This document shows positions 1 to 8,351 of a DNA stretch of 64,000 nucleotides, one piece after another. The DNA comes from Candidatus Dojkabacteria bacterium (lineage in GTDB: Bacteria; Patescibacteriota; Dojkabacteria; SC72; JAHDCA01): assembly GCA_030583845.1 (NCBI GenBank), contig CP129478.1:1930-65929 (forward strand), read 5' to 3'. How positions within the stretch are numbered: the first letter of the stretch is position 1; every line of letters starts with the position of its first letter. Below the pieces are notes generated by a model. The model had not been told where the DNA came from and did no database searches. It worked only from the letters and a program-made list of their open reading frames with translations. The position numbers and the translations under genes were made by a program.

Positions 1-262
1 ATACAGACAATTTCTGTAGATTACTCTTCCGTGGAAATTATGCTCCTGACAGAGCCCTTACCAGTGGCCCCGCCGGAGCCTTCGCAATCATCATAAGCTT
101 TTCGTGTAAGCCATCAAGGATTCCGATCCTCAAACATTCAGAGATTGTGAGATCGATACCGATCCGCCCGATGAAGCTAGCATCGACTAGAACTGACGGG
201 GAGGGTTCATCTCATAAATTTTCTTAATGATCACGAATGTCCTTTGACTTACACACTTCCTA

Positions 263-297
263 GTCTCAACAAAAAAATCGCGGAGCCTAAGCCCCAC
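263..297 (-). terminator. Putative Rho-independent terminator downstream of the SWIB gene (minus-strand hairpin AAAUCGUGGGG..CUCCGCGAUUU followed by a U7 run)
   Basis: Imperfect ~10-bp stem plus T-run read on the minus strand, just 3' of the 326..601 CDS. Confidence 0.35.
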
Positions 298-325
298 GAT
301 TTCAGTATTCTTCGCAATAAAATTC

Positions 326-601
326 CTAAGACAGATGAGCTGACACCAATTTTGTCATCTCAAACATCGTTACCTCGTCCTTACCATCGAAAACCTTCTT
401 CAGTTTCTCGTCGGCTTTAATATTTCGCTTATTCTCTGGGTTCTGTAGATTGTTTGCTTTGATATATTCCCAAAGCTTCTTTGTAACTTCTGTTCTTGGC
501 ATTGGGCCTGAGCCAACTACTGCCTGTAGATCCGCCGACAGGTTCATAGGTTTAGAGAGTCCTGAATTTGCCATATTATGTGTAGATGAAAATTTATACA
601 T
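326..601 (-). CDS. SWIB/MDM2 domain protein (small basic DNA/chromatin-associated domain)
   Basis: 91 aa; motif VTKKLWEYIKANNLQNPENKRNIKADEKLKKVF is typical of the SWIB/MDM2 fold. Confidence 0.7.
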   Translation of the reverse strand: MYKFSSTHNMANSGLSKPMNLSADLQAVVGSGPMPRTEVTKKLWEYIKANNLQNPENKRNIKADEKLKKVFDGKDEVTMFEMTKLVSAHLS

Positions 602-692
602 TCAGCTTAGCATAGTTTTGCAAATTCATGAATAAATTCGCAGGCTATTGCGAGCTAGGCATTATATAGATGCAATTTATACTCTTTAAGCT

Positions 693-2192
693 CTACTGCT
701 CAATTAATGGATTAATATATAATCCACTCTTGCCAGAGTCATTACTGTATCCGCCCCACTGAATTCCACCATGATCTACAGGTCTCTCATGCTTATTCAA
801 GTCTATTGCCCAAATCGCAGGATAATATCCTGAGTGGCCATCCCAATACTTACCTGCAATGATTATTTCATTAAACCCATCAGCATCAATGTCAGCGATT
901 GCATTTGATCTGCCTGTTGAAATAGGGTAAAGCTGATTCCCGTCCCACTTCTCAACCTCAGAACCGTCGTGGTTAAATATTTTAATTGTTCCGAAATTTG
1001 TATTACCTGATTTATGCGTATATACAACTTCGGGATACTCTCTATCTCCGTCAGACACGATGTCGCCAACGACAATGTTTGAGTCATTATTGTATGAAGA
1101 AGTAGGAAAATGTACCTTTGGCCATCCAGGCAGATGATTTCCTTGATGATCCATTACATAAGTAAGGTCGTTTGTCATAAAGAGCATCTCAGGAATACTG
1201 TCTGCATTCATATCAGCAAGTGATGCTTGAGTGCCGTAACTAGTTCTATCGTCAACTGTATATGATGCCTGTAATGTACCATCATAATTAAATATATTTA
1301 GCTGTGCATTATAAGGTGAAGAACTTTGCCTACCTATGACAACAATCTCGAGTTCTCCATCACCATCCACATCACCAATCACTGGATATACCCTTACCTG
1401 TAGACCAAAACTTGCCGTTTCACTAAGGAGAGTTGCATCCTTTCTATATATTTGAAGCGTAGTGTGATCATTACCACTCTGAGGGGCAACTACAATCTCG
1501 TTCTCACCATCATCGTCAAAGTCTGCAGTTGCAAAAGTATGCGGGTTGCTAAATTTTGGCCAACCAGGAAGTGTATCTCCTTCAATATCAACCAAATAAG
1601 TATTATAGCTATCTTCATATATGATGAAAATTTCCCCTCCCTCTTTGTACATAACTGGAGCTGCAGTCACACCCACTCCTAAAGTAACCTTGCTCCACAG
1701 AAGTGTACCCGTGCCATCATACAAGTTGAGTCTAGAATTACAACCAGGATCACAGATTACATGAAAGGCAGCAACCACATAGTTATCGATCGATGCAGAG
1801 TAAGCCACACCTCCACCAGTTATAGGAAATCCAGACCTGATACTACCGTCATGATTAAATCCGTTAAGTGGACCACTAGCAAGTGAGGAAATTAGAAGTT
1901 CTGAGTATAGGTCACCATCAAAATTTGTTACTGTGACATCTATAAACTTACCACCCTGGAATGACCCACTTGTATGCCAAATTGATAGTGGATAATTATC
2001 CTCTATGTAATCACTATTTGCATCAGGAGTTCTCTCAGATGAGAGTAAAGACTTCGTCGCAACTCGGTTGTAAGTTACCAATCCATTTGAATTAATTGTG
2101 ACAGGAGCAAGTGCCGCATCGGCTTTTTGTAGTGCCAAACTAAATGAGATTAGTAGTAGCGCTGAGAGAAAAATTGCTGAGATTTTGTTCAT
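693..2192 (-). CDS. Secreted FG-GAP/VCBS-repeat beta-propeller protein
   Basis: N-terminal signal peptide; repeated Ca-binding-like DxDxDGxxE motifs (DFDDDGENEIVV, DVDGDGELEIVV, DIDADGFNEIII) flanked by FG/GW. Confidence 0.7.
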   Translation of the reverse strand: MNKISAIFLSALLLISFSLALQKADAALAPVTINSNGLVTYNRVATKSLLSSERTPDANSDYIEDNYPLSIWHTSGSFQGGKFIDVTVTNFDGDLYSELLISSLASGPLNGFNHDGSIRSGFPITGGGVAYSASIDNYVVAAFHVICDPGCNSRLNLYDGTGTLLWSKVTLGVGVTAAPVMYKEGGEIFIIYEDSYNTYLVDIEGDTLPGWPKFSNPHTFATADFDDDGENEIVVAPQSGNDHTTLQIYRKDATLLSETASFGLQVRVYPVIGDVDGDGELEIVVIGRQSSSPYNAQLNIFNYDGTLQASYTVDDRTSYGTQASLADMNADSIPEMLFMTNDLTYVMDHQGNHLPGWPKVHFPTSSYNNDSNIVVGDIVSDGDREYPEVVYTHKSGNTNFGTIKIFNHDGSEVEKWDGNQLYPISTGRSNAIADIDADGFNEIIIAGKYWDGHSGYYPAIWAIDLNKHERPVDHGGIQWGGYSNDSGKSGLYINPLIEQ

Positions 2193-2482
2193 GCTATGTT
2201 ACGTGTAATGTAAAATATAGGTTATTATACTCGGGATTAATGATATTCTCAATAAGATGCCGGCGGACGATGTCAACATTACCTTCGACTGGCTTAACAT
2301 AAGGATGGGGCCTAACTCGCTACTATAAAGGCTATTACTAGACAGCCATATTGTTTATTTAGCATGGGTGGCACAGTCCTACACAATCTTGAAACTACTC
2401 CCCATGAGCAGTTTTCATAGTCCCACATATTGATTCCGTTTGACTGAGAGCACTATTTACAATTAAAATTCATGTTAAAAAT

Positions 2483-3211
2483 ATGGCTAAAAATAAACAT
2501 TCAAAAGCAAAAAAAGGACCCTCTATTGAGGAAGCATTCTTAGCAGCAGGTATCCCAGAGAAAGTTCAACCTCGAAGTAGATCTGCGTCGGCACCCAGAG
2601 ATTATAAAAGGCGTGGAATAAGCCGCCAAACACTTCAGGTAATATGGGATTACCGGAAGATATTTCTTATATCCCTCAGTGTAGGTCTAATCTGGTTTGT
2701 ATCTATGGCCGTAACTTTCGTTTATATTAATCTTTCCAATTACAACACTCTACTAACCTTAACCCTCTTATCGGGAATACTATTTCTGCTCCTACTCTTA
2801 TATCTGGCGTCACTATTTATTAAGAGAAGGAGATATCTGCCGCTGGTGACAATCGCAATTCTAGTACTTTTCGCCATAACACTCCTGAAGCCGTACGCAG
2901 TCTATCTGACAACTGGCGTCCAAGAGTACCGAGGCACCTGTGATATATATGTAGGACGCACGGAGAGTAGACGTAATAGTAGTGGCCACTACTACATTAT
3001 GGAGTCGTATGTATCATTTGATAGTGAGATTGAGAGTTCGGGAGTAACCCCGAAAACTAGTGAAAGAGAGTTCGCTCAACTAACTGGACTTGACTCATAC
3101 CCGAATTTTGCAGAGGGTAGATCAACTATTATCGACTGTGATGGTGCATTCAGTATCTACTATCTCTCCAATGGTTCTTCGGGAGTATTATTGCAGGTTG
3201 AAAAACTGTAG
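2483..3211 (+). CDS. Hypothetical membrane protein (basic N-tail, ~3 TM helices, C-terminal soluble domain)
   Basis: Hydrophobic segments after a Lys/Arg-rich N-terminus; no recognisable family. Confidence 0.5.
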   Translation: MAKNKHSKAKKGPSIEEAFLAAGIPEKVQPRSRSASAPRDYKRRGISRQTLQVIWDYRKIFLISLSVGLIWFVSMAVTFVYINLSNYNTLLTLTLLSGILFLLLLLYLASLFIKRRRYLPLVTIAILVLFAITLLKPYAVYLTTGVQEYRGTCDIYVGRTESRRNSSGHYYIMESYVSFDSEIESSGVTPKTSEREFAQLTGLDSYPNFAEGRSTIIDCDGAFSIYYLSNGSSGVLLQVEKL

Positions 3212-3349
3212 CTATGCCCTTATCAGACATAGGTATAGACCAATGAATCAATAATTAACTTCTCTACATACCGGCAGGCTTTTTCTCAATTTCAGGTATC
3301 AACTCACGAGGAATTTTCCTGACAACTACGCTATCATTTCCCTCCATGA

Positions 3350-4303
3350 TTAGCTAATATCCGCTTTGAAATTATTATATATTAATGAGTGGCATGTAGT
3401 TAGTGCAGATTGAGCATCTGTTCTACTCATAGAATGGCCTTTATGTAAGACGGCTATACGTTTATCATTAATATCTTTCTCTACTGAACCATAGTCAATA
3501 TCTTTGACTTGCTTATCCTTCAATTTCCTGCATAAGCTACCAAGACCAAGTTTGTTCTTAGATATTTTTGTTATCTCTCCAGGAAACTTAATCTTAAGTA
3601 TTTTTGCTAAACCTAACTCGCAGGCTATAGCACTCTCAATCACACTTTGCCGATAGTTATCTTCATTAAAAAACTTTTTCGCATACATGAGGTTCATAAA
3701 GTATGGCGCTGGAGACTTGCCAGATGATGCTTTATTCAAAGCCATTTGAAAATCCGCTTTCGTTAGAGCCGACTCTCTCATCATAATTTCTATTGTGTTA
3801 ATACCTGTTTTGACACGCTTCGGTTCTGCACCTTCTCGTAGAAAGCAGACGTCAAAGGGGTTCTGGTCTCGTATTCTGGAGTATTGCTCTTCCAGGTCTA
3901 TAAAATTAATAACCTCAATCCAACTTATAAAGAGCTTCTGCCAAGAGTGTAGTTTAGTAACAACCTTTTTCACACTATCAATGCGCATCTCGCGCTGAGA
4001 TTTGACAACAAATTGATTACAAAGAAAATCGATAAGTTGCTCATCATTATCTACCTCATGTTGTTGGATAAAATAGTCATGATAATCCTGACGTACCTCC
4101 CACATAAGCCCTTCATCAAATATAGGTTTATGAAATTTTGGCTTACCTGTTTTAGAATCAAAATCAGGAAAGCAAATCTTTAACTCGTAGCCCTCATATT
4201 TAAATGGCAATTCAGTACCGACAAGCTCTGCAGAAAGGTGGAAGTTGTGATGAGGAAATTTGACTAGCGCCTCAAAGTTACCCTTGGACATTCTTTTTGT
4301 CAC
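3350..4303 (-). CDS. Hypothetical protein with possible C-terminal HEPN-like R-x4-H motif (KRIAVLHKGH)
   Basis: 317 aa ORF co-directional with, and 68 bp downstream of, the C39-like gene; Rx4-6H motif near the C-terminus in a predicted helical region. The HEPN assignment is inference only. Confidence 0.45.
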   Translation of the reverse strand: MTKRMSKGNFEALVKFPHHNFHLSAELVGTELPFKYEGYELKICFPDFDSKTGKPKFHKPIFDEGLMWEVRQDYHDYFIQQHEVDNDEQLIDFLCNQFVVKSQREMRIDSVKKVVTKLHSWQKLFISWIEVINFIDLEEQYSRIRDQNPFDVCFLREGAEPKRVKTGINTIEIMMRESALTKADFQMALNKASSGKSPAPYFMNLMYAKKFFNEDNYRQSVIESAIACELGLAKILKIKFPGEITKISKNKLGLGSLCRKLKDKQVKDIDYGSVEKDINDKRIAVLHKGHSMSRTDAQSALTTCHSLIYNNFKADIS

Positions 4304-4371
4304 TAAACTTATCTATAAGTCCACTCGATATTCTAATACTACGTTACAATCGGAATAATGATTCTATAACA

Positions 4372-5238
4372 CTATTCAAAGATCACTACAAAGTGACTCC
4401 CATCTCTCTTACCCCCTTCACGCCCGACCAACCCACCCTCAATTTCCACTAATCCAACCTCTCTCACACCAGCCCCATCATGTGGGACAGCAGGATCTAC
4501 AACAGTAACGCTATCTTTGCCACCACCTGGCAGCACTCCTAACACATGGGTCTCAGACTTGTATCTATTTGTGTAATTAACTCCAGCTGGCCTGCCAATT
4601 TCGTCATGAGACACCGATGCCATGACAAAAAGCCTCATCGAAGGCAGAATTATCGTACTACCAAGCTCCACCGGACCATTTTGCCCGACAATATTTCTAA
4701 AGATATCCAGAAATTCCCGCTCAATAGAAGTAAATATATGTTTCTCACTGCCCACTGCATGGCTTCCGTCACGGACATACTCAACCAATATCGCTTTTAG
4801 TCCCCATCTTTCTTTGAGCCATTCAACTGCACCACGCGCATCAGTCCCGCGGTCAATGAAAAATGTCGGCATGTAGACCGTTTGACCAACGACAGGAGGT
4901 TGAAGCTCGATTTTATACTGCTCGGTTCTTCGCTCTACTCCATCTATGGTGACAGAATCAAACCGTCGGAGTAGCTTCTTAGCATGCTTAAGGTCATCTC
5001 CTAGTGAAACCGGGACCGATAGCTGTGAGCCGTTTATATTGTAGCCAGGAAACGAGACCTGTACAGATGGACGAGTATACCGCCCGTATGAGGCGAAATC
5101 TTGGATAGTCGAAAGTAAGTCGAGGCTTAGGCCACGAAAGTATCTCACTGCGGAGATCATTACAGCGATTCCACAAGCAGTTCTTTGGAGCTGGGTAGGT
5201 AGGGCGGGGTTAAATTGTGTGACGTGAATCTGATCCAT
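4372..5238 (-). CDS. Papain-fold (peptidase C39-like) domain protein
   Basis: Q-x5-CG-x-A-x-M-I-x-x-x-x-Y-F-x-G motif (QLQRTACGIAVMISAVRYFRG) matches the oxyanion-Gln/catalytic-Cys signature of C39 peptidases. An HFVVI His-motif occurs at the extreme C-terminus. Confidence 0.5.
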   Translation of the reverse strand: MDQIHVTQFNPALPTQLQRTACGIAVMISAVRYFRGLSLDLLSTIQDFASYGRYTRPSVQVSFPGYNINGSQLSVPVSLGDDLKHAKKLLRRFDSVTIDGVERRTEQYKIELQPPVVGQTVYMPTFFIDRGTDARGAVEWLKERWGLKAILVEYVRDGSHAVGSEKHIFTSIEREFLDIFRNIVGQNGPVELGSTIILPSMRLFVMASVSHDEIGRPAGVNYTNRYKSETHVLGVLPGGGKDSVTVVDPAVPHDGAGVREVGLVEIEGGLVGREGGKRDGSHFVVIFE

Positions 5239-5356
5239 GAGAGTCGAGGAATACTTGTTAGTTCTTTAATTCGGATATTTTATCACTTTATGGTCATAAA
5301 CCAACTACTGTATATTGAAAATGTAGGGGTTAACTAAATTTTATCCAATATGACTA

Positions 5357-5770
5357 ATGGAGTTTGAGGTAAACTATTTAGCTGTCTTTCTTGCCGCACT
5401 ATCGGCATTTTTCTTAGGTTTTGTCTGGTATACACTGCTGTTCTCCAAGCCATGGCAGAAAGAGATTGGCATGAAGGCCGATTCCAAAGAGACAAAAGAG
5501 GCGATGCAGCAATCTAATATGGCCAAGATACTCATCGGTTCATTTGTCCTTGAGCTAATCATGGCATTCAACCTCGCGGCATTTATTGGTACTGATGCTG
5601 ATTGGATGTTTGGTCTAATGGCAGGTCTTGCTGCTGGATTTGGCTGGGTTGGTCTCTCATTTGGTGTAAACTATATGTTCGAGGGTAGGTCGTTTAGGCT
5701 TTGGTGGATTAACACTGGTTACGTCACAGTGATGTTTGCGGTGATGGGGTTGATTATTGGAGCGATGTAG
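5357..5770 (+). CDS. DUF1761 family membrane protein
   Basis: 137 aa; N-terminal LxxxxSFxLGFxWYxxLF..W motif and 4 hydrophobic segments characteristic of DUF1761. Confidence 0.6.
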   Translation: MEFEVNYLAVFLAALSAFFLGFVWYTLLFSKPWQKEIGMKADSKETKEAMQQSNMAKILIGSFVLELIMAFNLAAFIGTDADWMFGLMAGLAAGFGWVGLSFGVNYMFEGRSFRLWWINTGYVTVMFAVMGLIIGAM

Positions 5771-5820
5771 ATTAACCCGATTAAGCTATTTATCGCTAGC
5801 ACATTTGCGCACCTCAGCGA

Positions 5821-6426
5821 GTGAGTATATACTCCTCTCGTGAATTATATTTTTCCTGTTCTGTAGACATGGGTATTACAATACTCGATACTGCCGCGCC
5901 AGAAGTAGAAATTGACTCGCCGTTTGATGATACAATAAGAGAAGCATTGACAAATGCTGGTATTTTCGACGTCGAAGGCGCTCTGGAGTTTCTAGTAGAG
6001 AAGAATCCGATAGCTGCAGCTTGCATGCGTGGGTTAGAGCCACCGCTAGATACGGATTGGTATAGAGAGTATGAAGGATTGTATCGCGAAGCTCTAGAAC
6101 ACCCAGGCCATACTTTGTGGGAACATAGTAGATGCATGAGCTACTTGGAAAAGCATTTAGCAGTACTTGCGAATATGACACTTCGGAACGTCCTCCTATC
6201 AGACGATGAAGAAATCAAAAGTAGAGAATTAAAGTACTTCACCCGTATCGCAGAGATTTACCAGATTGCAGCAGCGGGATGTTGGGATAATCCCGAACGA
6301 TTGATACCTACTGATGAAGAGCTAGCTACTGGTGATCAGAGGCTCATTGTACTTGATGTTGTCTGCTTCTCATTATGGAAGCCCACCTATGATGAGTATG
6401 AGATAAATACCTGGCCTGCGAGGTAG
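5821..6426 (+). CDS. Hypothetical protein (start may be the internal ATG at ~5869)
   Basis: 201 aa ORF, no recognisable domain. Confidence 0.45.
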   Translation: MSIYSSRELYFSCSVDMGITILDTAAPEVEIDSPFDDTIREALTNAGIFDVEGALEFLVEKNPIAAACMRGLEPPLDTDWYREYEGLYREALEHPGHTLWEHSRCMSYLEKHLAVLANMTLRNVLLSDDEEIKSRELKYFTRIAEIYQIAAAGCWDNPERLIPTDEELATGDQRLIVLDVVCFSLWKPTYDEYEINTWPAR

Positions 6427-6456
6427 GGGTTGACCGTAGGTTTCAGATTTCGCGTA

Positions 6457-6726
6457 TCATAGAAAGATCTCTCCGTCCTGAACCCGTATTGCTGCAATCC
6501 ATCCCTGTGGACTATACACCCGCTTATAATCCTCAGCTTTTATCATAAACTCACGCTGATTACGCCCAAGCCCAATTGTAAAAGGATCAAACATAGCCAA
6601 CTGATAATCATTTCCATAAACTGAGAGTAGCTCAGGGAAGAACCTAGAGGTGGACAGGAGAGATAAAGTGGGTGTGGAGCTTCGAAGAGAAGCAGGGGGC
6701 TTAAATGGAATAGACCAGAAAGACAT
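6457..6726 (-). CDS. Small hypothetical protein (real start may be an internal Met)
   Basis: 89 aa ORF in an intergenic gap; overlaps an alternative-frame ORF (6543..6821), so weakly supported. Confidence 0.25.
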   Translation of the reverse strand: MSFWSIPFKPPASLRSSTPTLSLLSTSRFFPELLSVYGNDYQLAMFDPFTIGLGRNQREFMIKAEDYKRVYSPQGWIAAIRVQDGEIFL

Positions 6727-6824
6727 TTACAATCAAATTGTGAGCGATCCTGCTTACAACAATTGCCCCCCGCAAAATTCCTGATATCATGGAGTGAATC
6801 AAAAATAAGCTGCTCACACACTCC

Positions 6825-8297
6825 GTGAAGAACATTCGAAAACTACATATCGCTTACCTACTAATACTGTTTGCTGCAGCCACGCTCTTCTTTGCACAGT
6901 TTCTCGAGAAAAAGAGGATGGATATCCACTCATCAGGTGCTGTGGATGTAAGCGTCATCATCTACAACCCCACAGTGTCCCCCGGGGTGACACTCGTCCA
7001 AGACCGCGGTTGGAATGACCCATCTACACTCTCCAATCAGATAAGGAGTACATTTGCACAGAGGTCGGGCGGCTATGTCAATTACAGTATTGCCGAGACA
7101 ATTGTCATAGATGGATTCCCGATCAAAGAGGATGGGTTCACCTACACCGTACAAAGCTACATGGATTGCATGGCAAATAGCAGCAACTGCCATATGCCTG
7201 ATATAGCCAACTACACCACCATAATGAATAACAACGATGTGTGTAGCAAAGTCAATTCGGGTCAGATCGACGAGGTATGGGTGTGGGGCGGACCATATTT
7301 TGGGTATTACGAGTCGAGATTAGTTGGTCCAAACTCTGGCTTCTGGTATAACTCATCCCCTGTATATCTACCTGCTTGTGGACAGCTGGTTCCTGTGATG
7401 GGCTTCAATTATGAGCGTGGCCTAGATGCGGCACTACACAGCTTTGGGCATAGGATGGAATCAACAATGACGCAGGTGTATGGGGGATGGTCACAAAATA
7501 ATATTAGCACTAGGTGGGCGAAATTTGGTCTCGTCGACTTCCAGTCACCAGATTACAACTATTCTGGATGTGGAAGCATTCATTATCCATCGAATGCTGA
7601 TTCTGAGTATGATTATAATGATACAAGTAATATACCTTCAACTTGCAACAGTTACGTTAATTTTCCGAATTCTGGCGAGCCAGGGCAAGCGATACCACTC
7701 TCATGTAGTAGCTGGGGTTGTAGCGAGCTTGGTTTTCTAGGCTGGTGGTTTAGCCATATACCCCGTAGAAGTGGAGTCGGCTCAGACGGTGTTTTAATGA
7801 ACTGGTGGGTCTATTTCCTTGATCCAGACCATGTATATGTTGACTACCCACCTGGTGATGATGGTAACCCGCCACCACCGCCTCCTCCAGAACCTACACC
7901 AAGCACAAATCCTGAGCCAGAGCCTGACCCTGATAATGAGCAAGGTGAAGAAGGTAATGAAGGAAACTCCGATGGTGATGGTAACAGTAATAATACCGAT
8001 TCTGGTGGTGATAGCGGTACAGATAACGAAATTATCGATGAAGGCAATGAAGATAGTACAGACAGTTCGGATAACGAAGTGAATGAAAGTGTAACTGAAA
8101 AGACAAAAGATCTAATCACCGGAATTCTCAGAGACGGAGATAATGAAAGTAGCGAAGAAGATAAGAAGATCCTAACTGTTGTGCGGCATGGCGCGCTACT
8201 GTCGGTAATTATATTAGCAACATATACAGCAACAGCATTATCTATAATTTGGTACTTAAGAAAACGTTACCCAAAGTTTAGCTCGATACATCGTTGA
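6825..8297 (+). CDS. Cell-surface protein: signal/TM N-terminus, Cys-rich globular domain, Pro/Glu and Asp/Ser/Gly low-complexity stalk, C-terminal TM anchor
   Basis: N-terminal hydrophobic segment; PPPPPPPEPTPSTNPEPEPDPD linker; C-terminal LLSVIILATYTATALSIIWYLRKRYPK anchor. Confidence 0.6.
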   Translation: MKNIRKLHIAYLLILFAAATLFFAQFLEKKRMDIHSSGAVDVSVIIYNPTVSPGVTLVQDRGWNDPSTLSNQIRSTFAQRSGGYVNYSIAETIVIDGFPIKEDGFTYTVQSYMDCMANSSNCHMPDIANYTTIMNNNDVCSKVNSGQIDEVWVWGGPYFGYYESRLVGPNSGFWYNSSPVYLPACGQLVPVMGFNYERGLDAALHSFGHRMESTMTQVYGGWSQNNISTRWAKFGLVDFQSPDYNYSGCGSIHYPSNADSEYDYNDTSNIPSTCNSYVNFPNSGEPGQAIPLSCSSWGCSELGFLGWWFSHIPRRSGVGSDGVLMNWWVYFLDPDHVYVDYPPGDDGNPPPPPPPEPTPSTNPEPEPDPDNEQGEEGNEGNSDGDGNSNNTDSGGDSGTDNEIIDEGNEDSTDSSDNEVNESVTEKTKDLITGILRDGDNESSEEDKKILTVVRHGALLSVIILATYTATALSIIWYLRKRYPKFSSIHR

Positions 8298-8351
8298 CAT
8301 TAAAAATGTTGCATGCGAGACTGATTTAAATAAACATATGCCCAATTTACT

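Noticed and set aside
863-1682. ORFs 863..1087(-) and 1452..1682(+), lying inside or antisense to the FG-GAP gene
   Set aside because: Shadow ORFs nested in a well-supported 499-aa gene; low-complexity translations; no independent support.
6543-6821. Alternative 92-aa ORF overlapping the 6457..6726 small ORF
   Set aside because: Cys-rich low-complexity translation on an overlapping frame; at most one of the two can be real and neither has homology support. Only the other ORF is listed, at low confidence.
7861-8100. Pro-rich and Asp/Gly/Ser-rich stretch as an independent repeat or mobile element
   Set aside because: It is in frame within a single CDS and encodes a low-complexity stalk; coding microsatellite-like sequence, not a separate element.
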